64,000 nt of DNA from an uncultured Gammaproteobacteria bacterium. GTDB lineage: Bacteria > Patescibacteriota > Microgenomatia > CAZETR01 > Amesbacteraceae. The notes below the pieces were generated by a model. That model was not told where the DNA came from. It saw only the letters and a program-made list of their open reading frames with translations, and searched no databases. Both the position numbers and the translations under genes were made by a program. Shown here piece after piece: positions 8,941 through 18,864 of this stretch. Where the stretch lies: the NCBI GenBank assembly GCA_964518565.1, contig CAZFGX010000001.1:588470-652469 (forward strand), read 5' to 3'. Within the stretch, counting starts at the first letter, position 1. Every line of letters begins with the position of its first letter.

Positions 8941-11373
8941 ATGACACCATGTAAAATAGCTAGTATGACCCATGTTTGGTGGCATTATCACGTTGGGCTG
9001 ATCTATTACAAAAAATGGTGGCGCAAGCTATATCAAGCAATAAACCACTACTTCTCATTTGGCGACCTAATAAAAAATTTATTCTCACCCTGGAAAAGAA
9101 TTTCTTCTAGCTCAGGTAGTCACGCAAGTGTGAGCAAGCGCTGGGAAGCGTTCACCTTTAACAGTGTATCCAGATTTATGGGTGGATCTGTGAGAATAGT
9201 CCTATTTATAGCTGGAATATTTGCCTATGTATTTGCGACAGGTCTTGCCACATTAGGCTTTTTGCTTTGGTTAGTATACCCACCAATAAGTAGATCTATG
9301 CACACCCGGTACAAATTATTATTCCTACCCCAAGATTTATCCAAAAGTGGTTCAATCCCCATGGAAAAATTGTTTGACAATCCCGCTGGTCATTTTTTTC
9401 TTACCCATCTAGGAATTTCATCTGCAGATTTACTAGACGCAGCAACAAACAATGCCATTCAAACAAAACCAAACACTTCATCTTTTACAGACCTTATCTC
9501 TACCGCATTAGAACAAAATATATGGACTCCAGATTTTCTACGCAATCGTCAATTAACGGCAGACGACTTTAGAGCTACGGCATCATGGTGGGATTATCAA
9601 GCTATACAAAAATACCAAGTTATTCCCCAGACAGACTTTGGGCCAAGTTTTGGCTCCACTCTCACCTTTGGCTATACACCAAATCTAGACAAATACGCTT
9701 CAGATTTACGCCGTACCAAACTCACCTCAGCCGATATTCCTCGTCCAGATACCATAAATCGTTTAGAAAGAAGTGTCGTTGCAGGCAAAAGCGTCATTCT
9801 GGTCGGGCCACCTGGAGTAGGAAAAAAAGCTGCGATATTAGCAGTAGTCAAAAATATGGCTAATAATAGGCATTTTTTAGAGGTGGGCTTAAATGAAATC
9901 CTTTCAGAGTCGATCTACGATATTAACGGCAAAAAAGCCTTATTGACCAAAACACTCAAAGAAGCCAATAGTGCTGGCAATGTAACCATAATCATTCGAG
10001 ATATTCATCGATTCGTCAGCAGCAATGTCGACGGGTTTGATTTTTCTGATGTGATCGAAACTCAAATCGAAAAAGGTTTACAGATCATCGCCTTATCTAC
10101 AAATTCTGATTATGAAAAATATCTCTCGCCAAATTTAAAAATTCGCAAGCTATTTGAATCTATCGAAATTACCCCACCGAACCTTTCCGAGACACTCGAT
10201 ATTCTTATTGCTCGAGCACAAGAGTGGGAAAGCAAAAAACACCTTACTATTTTGACCCCTGCGTTAAGAAAAACTGTCACTCTCGCAGATAAATATTTGA
10301 CCGATCTCCCCTTTCCAACCAAAGCTGTTGAATTACTGGATGCGGCCATTGCGTATAAAACACAACAGCGCGGCTCCACAATCACTCCAACAGATATTGG
10401 ACACATACTGTCAGAAAAAACCGGTATTCCAATGACCAATCTATCCGCATCAGATAAGCAAAAATTGGCTACATTAGAAGACAATATTCATGCTCGCCTG
10501 GTTGGCCAAGATTTGGCCGTCTCTCTTATTGCCCGCAGTCTCAGAGCCCGAGCCACTGGCCTTGGTGGAGAAAACAAACCCGTCGGTTCGTTTTTATTTT
10601 TAGGTCCAACTGGTGTAGGTAAAACCGAAACAGCCAAAGCACTCGCCGAAGTTTATTACGGATCAGAAAACCAAATTATGCGTTTTGATATGGCCGAATA
10701 TGCACACCAAGATGGGCTAATGCGTCTTCTAGGATCTGCCCAATACAATATTCCCGGAACACTCACTACTGCGATAAAAAATCATGCAGCTGGACTATTA
10801 CTACTAGACGAAATCGAAAAAGCTCCTCCCCAAATATTCAATCTCTTTTTGACCTTATTAGATGAAGGCTATATCACCGATGCTTTTGGTCGAAAAATAA
10901 ACGCCCAACATTTATTTATCATTGCCACTTCAAACGCCGGATCAGAAGTAATTCGCGAATTAGTCGGCCAAGGTATAGTTGGCGAAAATTTACAAAAACT
11001 CGTATTAGAACACATACTGAAAAATGGCTACTTTTCACCAGAATTCATCAATCGTTTTGATGCAGCAGTTGTATACCAACCTCTTTCAGCTACAGACTTA
11101 GTCCATATTGCCCAACTCCAACTCACATCACTCCAACACCGTATGTTAGAACAAAACATCCGTCTAGATATAGATACCTCTGCAATTCAGCATTTAGCCA
11201 CGCGCGGATATGATCCAGCATTTGGAGCTCGGCCCATGAAACGTCTAATAGACCTGAGCATTGCCGACATGCTGTCACAAGCCATATTGGCCGGCAAAAT
11301 TAATCCCGGAGACCATATAACACTTACCGGTCACAACGACTTATTTTCCTGGCAACACGTGACCCAAAAGTAA
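8941..11373 (+). CDS. membrane-anchored Clp/Hsp100-family double AAA+ ATPase
   Basis: 810 aa; Walker A GPPGVGKK and second Walker A GPTGVGKTETAKALA; N-terminal hydrophobic hairpin (IVLFIAGIFAYVFATGLATLGFLLWLV); true start may be downstream. Confidence 0.72.
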   Translation: MTPCKIASMTHVWWHYHVGLIYYKKWWRKLYQAINHYFSFGDLIKNLFSPWKRISSSSGSHASVSKRWEAFTFNSVSRFMGGSVRIVLFIAGIFAYVFATGLATLGFLLWLVYPPISRSMHTRYKLLFLPQDLSKSGSIPMEKLFDNPAGHFFLTHLGISSADLLDAATNNAIQTKPNTSSFTDLISTALEQNIWTPDFLRNRQLTADDFRATASWWDYQAIQKYQVIPQTDFGPSFGSTLTFGYTPNLDKYASDLRRTKLTSADIPRPDTINRLERSVVAGKSVILVGPPGVGKKAAILAVVKNMANNRHFLEVGLNEILSESIYDINGKKALLTKTLKEANSAGNVTIIIRDIHRFVSSNVDGFDFSDVIETQIEKGLQIIALSTNSDYEKYLSPNLKIRKLFESIEITPPNLSETLDILIARAQEWESKKHLTILTPALRKTVTLADKYLTDLPFPTKAVELLDAAIAYKTQQRGSTITPTDIGHILSEKTGIPMTNLSASDKQKLATLEDNIHARLVGQDLAVSLIARSLRARATGLGGENKPVGSFLFLGPTGVGKTETAKALAEVYYGSENQIMRFDMAEYAHQDGLMRLLGSAQYNIPGTLTTAIKNHAAGLLLLDEIEKAPPQIFNLFLTLLDEGYITDAFGRKINAQHLFIIATSNAGSEVIRELVGQGIVGENLQKLVLEHILKNGYFSPEFINRFDAAVVYQPLSATDLVHIAQLQLTSLQHRMLEQNIRLDIDTSAIQHLATRGYDPAFGARPMKRLIDLSIADMLSQAILAGKINPGDHITLTGHNDLFSWQHVTQK

Positions 11374-12084
11374 ATTTTCAAACAAACAAGCCACAGTCAC
11401 AGGTCCCACCCCACCTGGCACAGGAGTAAAAAAACTACTTTTACTATTCACCTCTGATACAAAGTCTCCCTGAGGATACCCCACATCAATACAAATTGCC
11501 CCATCCGAAACCATATCCGGCAAAATTAATCCCTCTTGCCCAGTAGCTGAAATAATCACATCAGCATCGCGTATCTCCTTTACCGAAAAATCTTCTTTAT
11601 CCATTCCGACAACAGTATGTCGTTTCCCTAATTCATTTGCCACTTTCGAACCAACCGTTCCCCAAACTCCGACCACAACAATATTTAGATCATCTGCAGA
11701 TCTTTGGGTTATCAAAACAGCTTGGTCTAAAATTTTTAAAATCGCTCTCACTGTTGCTGGCAAATAAACACTTTCCTCTTGCATCCCATCTACATCTTGA
11801 TCAGGCAAAAACTTTTCTACTATCTGATTTGAGCCCAAAAATGGCAACTGCACCATTTTTCCATCTGCAACAGCTGACAAAAAATCTAGTTCTTGCTCAT
11901 AAACATCCATTTGCACTCCTAATCGTTGGGCGACACGTTTTTTCATTGCCACATATTTGACCCCAGATTCGTTATGCGAATCCAACAAAACCGCCAATAC
12001 TTTTTTTCGAGACATTTCAGGCAATTTCAACAATTGTCCAAGTATTTCCTCAGAAAATTGCTTCCCATCAAAAATCACACCCAT
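11341..12084 (-). CDS. folD: methylenetetrahydrofolate dehydrogenase/cyclohydrolase
   Basis: 247 aa, FolD-like throughout; convergent 33-nt overlap with the upstream ATPase gene. Confidence 0.82.
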   Translation of the reverse strand: MGVIFDGKQFSEEILGQLLKLPEMSRKKVLAVLLDSHNESGVKYVAMKKRVAQRLGVQMDVYEQELDFLSAVADGKMVQLPFLGSNQIVEKFLPDQDVDGMQEESVYLPATVRAILKILDQAVLITQRSADDLNIVVVGVWGTVGSKVANELGKRHTVVGMDKEDFSVKEIRDADVIISATGQEGLILPDMVSDGAICIDVGYPQGDFVSEVNSKSSFFTPVPGGVGPVTVACLFENLLLGHVLPGK

Positions 12085-12087
12085 ACA

Positions 12088-13755
12088 CTAATACGATTCA
12101 GACAGAGTAACAAACATTGAATAATTATTTTTATTGTTCACTAATTCAACTGAATTCAAATTAGCAGGAAAGGTACCAAATTCCATTCCTTTTGCAGTGT
12201 AGATCCCCACGCCAGTTGCGGAGTATTTCATATCGTTTACTGCCGGACTTTGCCCATTAGTGTTATACAACAACCAATACTGAGTTTTTTCAGATAAATT
12301 GGTGTGAATTGGCAATGTGTTCCACGAATGAGGTGTCAATACTCCCACCTGAGTCGTTGCCAACAAGTTGCCCGGCCGATTTGCAGCAGTATTTGAATAA
12401 ATAGCTAATTGAAAATTTTTATTCATGTCTGATGTATCTACTTCATCCACATATACACTAATAGATTTTGTAGTGCCGGCAGAGGTATTCATAAACCTGG
12501 AACCATTGATATATCCTGAATTTGAAGTATCAGTCAATTCGCCTACCGACGAATTTCCAATTGTATTAGCAGTTGTTTCTACTGGTAATGTAGAAAAACC
12601 CAACACTCCATTGGGCTTTGTCGAACTTTCACTAGACAAGTACATCGAAAAATTATTCCCAGTCAGCACCCCAGTACCAAAACTTGCAGGCCATCCTGAA
12701 CCAAAGGCTTGCGGCAATACACTATACACACCAATGCCATTTTTACCTGGCAAATACTTCAATGCATTGTCAGATGCAGTCTTGCCATTTGAATTGTAGA
12801 CCAACCAATAATATGTATTTGGCGACAATACAGCCGACATGGTTACTTTTTGCCACTCGGCTGCAGTATCCAATGTTTGGGTAGGACTACTAGCAATCAA
12901 CGATCCCGGCTTGCCATTTTGATCCGCAAAAATTGCCATGCCAAAGGTATTATTTGGCGCCGAGACAATGTTGGTAACTGCGACATATGCACCCAAGACC
13001 TGCATTGGCTCAGACCCAGTCTTTACGCGTAATCCATTCATATAATTTGCATTCAAGCTATCTATCATTGGCCCAATAACAAAATTTCCCACCCCATCAT
13101 CAGATACTTGTGCAGGTAACTCAGGTGAAGTAGTGGGCACAACAACGACAGTCGGAGTAACCACTACACGAGCCATACTCCGAGGTTGGTTCAATAAAAA
13201 AGAGATCGGTTCAACTTCAACTTTTAGTTTTTGTGAAACAGTATTTGTCACCTCTGAACCAGCCAAATCAATCGTCAACATAGTATTTGCGTTTACATCC
13301 ACAGTATTTGATGTGATCTGAAACGAAGCCAACTCAAATGTACCCATTGGCGCATTTGCCTTATCCTGTGCGGATACTCCCAAAACAACAGTCGCCTTAC
13401 CAGAAGAATTTGCTTCTGCCATAGTAGTTTTTTGGATGACAGTTTTTAATGCCGTTGCAGTATTGATCTCAGAAACCAAATGAATTTTTGTCTGGTCAAA
13501 TTGAATAGTAGCCCGCACCAAACCGACATTTTGACTACCAGAATCCAACACCAATCGCACATTTTGATTTGGCGGTAATCGCTGACTATCCGAAGTAAAA
13601 CGAAAATGTACTACCTGGTTTGCTGCTTGGATAGTGCCGCCTTGTTGCTGTCTTGCCAAATATACACTACCCGGAATAGCAACCACCAATCCCAACAAAA
13701 CCAACAATGGTGCCAATGAAAACCCACCTCGAAACGTATTCATGAATTTGCTCAA
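12088..13755 (-). CDS. secreted hypothetical protein with internally duplicated C-terminal domain
   Basis: 555 aa; N-terminal TM; two similar ~70-aa segments (YYWLVYNSNGKTASDNALKY / YWLLYNTNGQSPAVNDMKY). Confidence 0.5.
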   Translation of the reverse strand: MSKFMNTFRGGFSLAPLLVLLGLVVAIPGSVYLARQQQGGTIQAANQVVHFRFTSDSQRLPPNQNVRLVLDSGSQNVGLVRATIQFDQTKIHLVSEINTATALKTVIQKTTMAEANSSGKATVVLGVSAQDKANAPMGTFELASFQITSNTVDVNANTMLTIDLAGSEVTNTVSQKLKVEVEPISFLLNQPRSMARVVVTPTVVVVPTTSPELPAQVSDDGVGNFVIGPMIDSLNANYMNGLRVKTGSEPMQVLGAYVAVTNIVSAPNNTFGMAIFADQNGKPGSLIASSPTQTLDTAAEWQKVTMSAVLSPNTYYWLVYNSNGKTASDNALKYLPGKNGIGVYSVLPQAFGSGWPASFGTGVLTGNNFSMYLSSESSTKPNGVLGFSTLPVETTANTIGNSSVGELTDTSNSGYINGSRFMNTSAGTTKSISVYVDEVDTSDMNKNFQLAIYSNTAANRPGNLLATTQVGVLTPHSWNTLPIHTNLSEKTQYWLLYNTNGQSPAVNDMKYSATGVGIYTAKGMEFGTFPANLNSVELVNNKNNYSMFVTLSESY

Positions 13756-13760
13756 GCTTA

Positions 13761-14957
13761 CTAAACCAGTGGGAAACTCGTCAATAGTTGTCGTACTTCA
13801 CTATTGTATCGAACATCGCTTGAAAGAGCTTGAAAAATAAATTTGGCAATTTGTTTCATCTCAGCCTCCTTCATACCCAAAGTTGTTATAGCCGGAGTAC
13901 CCAATCGAATACCAGACGGCCGAAATGGCGGATTTGGATCATGAGGGATGGCATTCGCATTGACAATAATTCCTGAAGTTTCCAATTTTGTAGCTGCAAC
14001 CTTTCCATCCATACCAAACATTTGTACATCCATAACCATCAAATGATTATCAGTTCCACCAGTCACCAATACACACCCCAAGTCAGTCAAAGACTCCGCC
14101 AATTGTTGTGCATTGTTCACGACCTGATTCATCCGTGAAACAAATACTGACGATTGCGCCAAAATCATTGTTGCCGCAATGCCAGCTACAGTTGCATTAT
14201 GTGGCCCACCCTGCAAACCAGGAAACACCGCCCGATCAATCTTTTTGGCCAGTTGTTCATCGTTAGTCAAAATGACAGCTCCCCGAGGGCCACCCAGTGT
14301 CTTATGGGTTGTACTCATAACTACGTCCGCAATTCCTACAGGCGATGGATGACGGCCCGCCACAACCAGTCCGGCAATATGTGAAATGTCTGCCACCAAA
14401 TATGCCCCCACTTCCTGGGCAATATTTTTAAAACGTTGCCAATCAATAACTCGTGGATATGCCGTCGTTCCCGCAATAATGACTTTTGGTTTTTTCTCTC
14501 GTGCCAATTTCTCCACCTCGGCAAAATCAATCCATCCATTTTCATCCACATCGTATTGCACACTGGAAAAAAATTTGCCCGAAAACGTAATATCCGGATG
14601 ACCATGAGTCAAATGTCCCCCAGCTGACAATTTCATTCCCATAATACACTCACCCGGCTCTGCCAGTGCCATCAAAATCGCCGCATTTGCCGGACTCCCC
14701 GAATACGCTTGCACATTTGCATATCTTGCTCCAAATACTTTTTTGGTCTCCTCTATCGCCAACCGTTCTATTTCATCTATTTGTTCATTTCCTTGATAGT
14801 ATCGCTTGCCCGCATACCCTTCAGAATATTTATTATTCAAAAACAACGCTTGGGCTTTTAAGACATCAGCCGACTGATAATTTTCCGAAGGAATCAACAT
14901 CAGCGTCTGCTCCTGTCGCAGTCGCTCTTTTTCAATATATTGTAATAATTGATCCAT
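13761..14957 (-). CDS. glyA: serine hydroxymethyltransferase
   Basis: 398 aa; full-length SHMT similarity including the PLP-lysine region TTHKTLGGPRG. Confidence 0.9.
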   Translation of the reverse strand: MDQLLQYIEKERLRQEQTLMLIPSENYQSADVLKAQALFLNNKYSEGYAGKRYYQGNEQIDEIERLAIEETKKVFGARYANVQAYSGSPANAAILMALAEPGECIMGMKLSAGGHLTHGHPDITFSGKFFSSVQYDVDENGWIDFAEVEKLAREKKPKVIIAGTTAYPRVIDWQRFKNIAQEVGAYLVADISHIAGLVVAGRHPSPVGIADVVMSTTHKTLGGPRGAVILTNDEQLAKKIDRAVFPGLQGGPHNATVAGIAATMILAQSSVFVSRMNQVVNNAQQLAESLTDLGCVLVTGGTDNHLMVMDVQMFGMDGKVAATKLETSGIIVNANAIPHDPNPPFRPSGIRLGTPAITTLGMKEAEMKQIAKFIFQALSSDVRYNSEVRQLLTSFPLV

Positions 14958-14972
14958 AAATAACTATTATAA

Positions 14973-15011
14973 GCAAAAAAAATGCAGGAGGGATGAAGTC
15001 ACCCCTCCTGC
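14973..15011 (-). terminator. intrinsic terminator closing the 15.0-19.8 kb operon
   Basis: GCAGGAGGG...CCCTCCTGC 9-bp stem followed on the minus strand by a U8 run. Confidence 0.6.
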
Positions 15012-15017
15012 GCTATC

Positions 15018-15296
15018 TCAAGCAACCTTCTTTATTTTTTTGATTGCTCGAGCCTTAAGTGAAGAAACGAATGGCTCATAATAAGCCATGAAACGTGGAG
15101 AATTCGTCAACTCTTTCCAACCAACAGAAAGCATTACGCTCAATGTCGCCAGTAAAAAGTAACTTATTCCCACCCGATTTTCGCCAACTCGAAATGCAAA
15201 AATACTCATGGCCATCAGACCAAGAAATACCCCAGCTTTGAGCAAGCGTTTAAAAACATCCCATGCGATTGGGCGAAGTGATGGTTTAGGCTTCAT
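15018..15296 (-). CDS. small membrane protein (operon gene 9)
   Basis: 93 aa starting MKPKPSL; 2 TM; the tracked 187-aa ORF's upstream part overlaps the next gene in another frame; 4-nt ATGA overlap. Confidence 0.4.
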   Translation of the reverse strand: MKPKPSLRPIAWDVFKRLLKAGVFLGLMAMSIFAFRVGENRVGISYFLLATLSVMLSVGWKELTNSPRFMAYYEPFVSSLKARAIKKIKKVA

Positions 15297-15712
15297 GACA
15301 TCACCTTCCAGAGTCCGAGTATCAAACCCAAGGGACCAATCACATATGCCAATGTGGCCGTATTTAGTCCTGGACCTCGCACAGACAAGACCTGTGCACT
15401 CACAGGTCGCACACGCATAAATGCCGGCACCAATGCACCAGTCAATACCAGATACACCACCGCCAACACAATCAGCACACAACCCAATCGATCTCCCAGA
15501 ACCAATCCGATCACCACCATCCCCAACGCCATCAAAACTTGGAAGTATGGGTGGAGATTTCCCAAAATCGCAATCGGCCAACTTCCTGTCGGCCGAACCA
15601 CGATCGGGTCACGCGTCAACACCATCCCCAAAACAACCGCCGCCATCAAAATCCAGCGCAAAGCACCACCTGACATTCGCAGAGAGGGTCGAACCGGAAC
15701 TGGACTAGCCAT
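15293..15712 (-). CDS. polytopic membrane protein (operon gene 8)
   Basis: 139 aa, 4 predicted TM helices. Confidence 0.45.
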   Translation of the reverse strand: MASPVPVRPSLRMSGGALRWILMAAVVLGMVLTRDPIVVRPTGSWPIAILGNLHPYFQVLMALGMVVIGLVLGDRLGCVLIVLAVVYLVLTGALVPAFMRVRPVSAQVLSVRGPGLNTATLAYVIGPLGLILGLWKVMS

Positions 15713-16271
15713 TTGGTTTCCTCCCTTCGCCCATTAGCCCACCACTCCGAGCGGGTAATTGTTTGACGTCTGGTTTTCGTATTTGATACTGCGGCGGCAG
15801 AGTTTGTCCCGGCGGTAATGCCGGAGGAGTATTAGAATTCGTCGAATTTGCATGAACGGCGTCTCGAGCCAATAACAAGGCTTCTTGCAAGGCCTTTGTC
15901 TGATTCGCCTGTGCAAACGCCTGTGCTTCTTGGGCTCGATATTTGCTCTGATTGTTCTTGTACCACAAAAAGCCTCCACCGCCACCGATCACAGCTACAG
16001 CCCCCACTACCAGCAAAATCCGCTGATTAGTCTCTTCAGGTGTCAATGGCCGATTCATCTCAGCCGTTTTCGCCGCCTGCATCTGACTTTGATCAGCTCG
16101 CCGATTTGCATCTGCGATTTGCTGATTTGCATTTGCCATAATCCCATTCACAACTTCTACAGGCACTTGGGGCACTGGCGTCGGCTGAGCTTCTCTGGAC
16201 CCGATAGATGCGCTCGCATCACATCCGGCCAACAAAACCAAGAAGCTGATTAGTACGATAAGTCGTCCCAT
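15705..16271 (-). CDS. lipoprotein with TM segment and Gln/Ala-rich region (operon gene 7)
   Basis: 188 aa; LLAGC lipobox; internal GGGGG-TM. Confidence 0.45.
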   Translation of the reverse strand: MGRLIVLISFLVLLAGCDASASIGSREAQPTPVPQVPVEVVNGIMANANQQIADANRRADQSQMQAAKTAEMNRPLTPEETNQRILLVVGAVAVIGGGGGFLWYKNNQSKYRAQEAQAFAQANQTKALQEALLLARDAVHANSTNSNTPPALPPGQTLPPQYQIRKPDVKQLPARSGGLMGEGRKPNG

Positions 16272-16272
16272 A

Positions 16273-17055
16273 TCACCACCATCCTGGTCCGATCACTCGC
16301 ATAAGACCTGCCAACAGGATGAGTCCCGCGACATACATCTCACGCATGAATGCCGGCCCGGCTTCATCAAAAGAAGGCACAAAAAACAAGCTGATCTGTA
16401 TTAGCAATCCAACAATAATTACTCCCAATGGTAAAACCACAATCTCACCACTAGAGAAAAATTCTGGTGCATACAGAATCGCACCGCCAAGTGCCATAAG
16501 CACTATTGCCAACCAATTATTGTGCCCATAGTAAATGTAATTTTTTCTATCGATTGGGTATCCATACTTTACCCATGCCCCCCAGCCCAAACCCCAAACA
16601 GCAAAAGCAAATCCACACAGGACATATTTTGCGAATACAGAATTCAGCAAAGGAGGCACTCCAAACACCCATTTACCGATAAAAAAACTTACGGCAACCC
16701 ACAACCAGCCAAACCACGATTTACGAAACAACACTTCAAACAATCGACCAAATTGGGCCATCAAGCTTTTATCAAGCACTGGTGGCACATCTGAAACTGT
16801 TTGCTGTGGCATTTGAGAAATAAACGCGGCCTCTGGTGCATGTGCAGATCGAGGCGGTGGTGTTTGTTTTGGTTGTTGTGGTGGCATTATCAACGGAATT
16901 GAACGCGTTTTTTGTCCCGTTGAATTGTTTGTTGGTCTAGTCCCTTCGCCCATTAGACGCATTTCGAACACCTCCGTTTGCCATGCCTCCGAGTGGAGGC
17001 AATCCGGGCTGGCCAAACCCTGGAACAGAAATAACATTTGGTTTTGCTGCTTCAA
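16273..17055 (-). CDS. polytopic membrane protein (operon gene 6)
   Basis: 260 aa ORF; real start probably an internal Met (about 16953-16962) because the upstream part overlaps the SPFH gene. Confidence 0.4.
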   Translation of the reverse strand: MKQQNQMLFLFQGLASPDCLHSEAWQTEVFEMRLMGEGTRPTNNSTGQKTRSIPLIMPPQQPKQTPPPRSAHAPEAAFISQMPQQTVSDVPPVLDKSLMAQFGRLFEVLFRKSWFGWLWVAVSFFIGKWVFGVPPLLNSVFAKYVLCGFAFAVWGLGWGAWVKYGYPIDRKNYIYYGHNNWLAIVLMALGGAILYAPEFFSSGEIVVLPLGVIIVGLLIQISLFFVPSFDEAGPAFMREMYVAGLILLAGLMRVIGPGWW

Positions 17056-17758
17056 TAGCAGATGCCAACATTCTGCCGACTTCTATCTGTGCATAACCAT
17101 TTCTACCCAAAATCTGAACCATCTTTGCGATCGCCAATGCATTAGATTCGATTCGTGATCGCTCCACATCAGCTTCAAGACGCTCTTGTTCAGCCTTCGC
17201 AGATGCACCAACAAAATCAAACTGTCCCAAAAACAGCTCGTTCAACCGACACCCCCATTCTTGGACTGTTGGGTTCAATGCATTGATAATTGACTGTTTT
17301 AAACCCAACGTAGTCAATTGTTTTAAATCATGCAAATTTAAACTCTGAACTGTTTCAGCAGTCATAAGTGGGATGATTTGGCGCAACGCAATGTTTGGCT
17401 TACGCCCCGGAGCAAATCTCAGTTTATCAGGATCAACGATCTCCAAGATAAACGACAAACTTTGCCCTGGAGTAGTATTACTAAATTCGATATCCCACGA
17501 ATCCAGAGTAGTCGCTCGAATATTTGGGAAACCAACGATCTGAGGACCTTTTAGCTCTTCACCAATCACCATTGGCCATGCAGTCATTACCACTGGTGTA
17601 TTCACGCCACTCCAGACAATATCATCGATTAGTTTGATAAAAACAGTTCTATCGCCTCTAATCCATCTAATTCTGCCAGAATACCGCAACAACACCACAA
17701 CTATAGCAATTACCAAACATACCAATGAGCCATAATCTTGTAAAACCTGCCAGCTCAT
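16937..17758 (-). CDS. SPFH/band-7 (stomatin/HflC-like) domain protein (operon gene 5)
   Basis: 273 aa; N-terminal TM, SPFH-like core (…ILEIVDPDKLRFA…) and a C-terminal AEQERLEADVERSRIESNALAIAKM coiled-coil typical of stomatin/HflC. Confidence 0.6.
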   Translation of the reverse strand: MSWQVLQDYGSLVCLVIAIVVVLLRYSGRIRWIRGDRTVFIKLIDDIVWSGVNTPVVMTAWPMVIGEELKGPQIVGFPNIRATTLDSWDIEFSNTTPGQSLSFILEIVDPDKLRFAPGRKPNIALRQIIPLMTAETVQSLNLHDLKQLTTLGLKQSIINALNPTVQEWGCRLNELFLGQFDFVGASAKAEQERLEADVERSRIESNALAIAKMVQILGRNGYAQIEVGRMLASAIEAAKPNVISVPGFGQPGLPPLGGMANGGVRNASNGRRD

Positions 17759-18531
17759 CTACCACCTCCCTTTCGCTTGTTATGAAATTCTTCAAAAGGG
17801 TCAGAAATGACAACAGGCACTTCAGGAGAGGCTGCGTCTACCACTTTGGCAGGAGTAGCAGCTGCAGCTGGCTTTACAAAAGCTGCCATATTTAGCCCCG
17901 TCTGATGTAAAAGCTGCATCGCTTGCTCACTCGTTATTACACCCCTATCCAAAAGAGTGAGGATGGTATCTCGATCGACCTGTATTAGCTTTGCCGAATC
18001 GCCAACTTGTTGCATCAGTTCTCGGACTTTTTGTACCGCACCAGCCTGACCCAAAAGTGATAGATCTACCTGTTCACCACCTGGACCCTTGACCATTGCT
18101 TGTACCACAGAACTAGTCCCTGGTGGCGCACCAGCCGCCTGCAAAGCTTTGTTCACTGCTGCTTGTGTTACGGCTTGAGACATCGGCCGGCCACCAGTTT
18201 GACTTTTGGCTCGACTAACAACACCCAAGATACCCAATATCACAACCAAAACAGGTCCGATTCCTCGACCGATCAATGTCGGGCCAATCAATTGATCACC
18301 CAACACTCCGGTACTACCTCCCAAAAGCAACCAAAAAATCAAATTGAAAATGCCCCCGCCGTTACGAAAACTATTCACCAGCGAAAGAAACATTCCCAAC
18401 GTTCCGACACCTGAAAGTGTCGCAATTTTTGGTAATTCGATAGGCAAAAGCGGTTGAATCATCTCCCAGCCAAACCAACCACCCGCTACCAAAGCGAGGG
18501 TGATAATAGCCGGTAACAAAATCCCGATCAT
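17755..18531 (-). CDS. membrane protein with SHOCT-like C-terminal motif (operon gene 4)
   Basis: 258 aa; 4-5 TM; C-terminal LTLLDRGVITSEQAMQLL resembles the SHOCT consensus; ATGA overlap with SPFH gene. Confidence 0.45.
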   Translation of the reverse strand: MIGILLPAIITLALVAGGWFGWEMIQPLLPIELPKIATLSGVGTLGMFLSLVNSFRNGGGIFNLIFWLLLGGSTGVLGDQLIGPTLIGRGIGPVLVVILGILGVVSRAKSQTGGRPMSQAVTQAAVNKALQAAGAPPGTSSVVQAMVKGPGGEQVDLSLLGQAGAVQKVRELMQQVGDSAKLIQVDRDTILTLLDRGVITSEQAMQLLHQTGLNMAAFVKPAAAATPAKVVDAASPEVPVVISDPFEEFHNKRKGGGR

Positions 18532-18543
18532 AATTTCCCTCCT

Positions 18544-18864
18544 TTAGGGATTTCCACCTCCGGATGGAGGCGAAATCTGATCAATTGGCACTACAGCCTG
18601 AAGTTGTTGGACAGGCGTTATCATTTGTGGTGGGTCAATTTGGACATAGTTTTCCACTGAACCTACTGCTTTTGCATGACCTTTAAAATGACCGATCGCC
18701 AATGCACCAACAATAGTCTGGTTACTCGGATCAAATCCAACGTTTGCCACCACACCTGTGCCGTCATTTACTTCGACACTGGCCTTATTCGTATGGCCAA
18801 CTCGGCCCCCACCTTCCGCACCAACAATTCGTAAAAATGCATCAAGAATTTGAGACAAGTTCAT
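18544..18864 (-). CDS. hypothetical Gly/Val-rich protein (operon gene 3)
   Basis: 106 aa, no signal peptide. Confidence 0.4.
   Translation of the reverse strand: MNLSQILDAFLRIVGAEGGGRVGHTNKASVEVNDGTGVVANVGFDPSNQTIVGALAIGHFKGHAKAVGSVENYVQIDPPQMITPVQQLQAVVPIDQISPPSGGGNP

Noticed and set aside
15018-15581. 187-aa ORF as annotated by the ORF track
   Set aside because: Its N-terminal 95 codons overlap the 139-aa membrane-protein gene out of frame and are Gly/Cys/Asp-rich. The real gene is the C-terminal 93 aa from MKPKPSL, with an ATGA overlap.
15200-16300. Multiple plus-strand ORFs (15208, 15354, 15421, 15848, 15885; Pro/Thr/Arg-rich)
   Set aside because: These are antisense shadows of the GC-richer minus-strand membrane-protein genes. 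Their translations are low-complexity and no SD is visible.
16273-17055. Full 260-aa extent of operon gene 6
   Set aside because: The first ~35 codons overlap the end of the SPFH gene by 119 nt and are hydrophilic and non-membrane. A downstream Met start is more plausible. The coordinates are kept as tracked, but flagged as uncertain.
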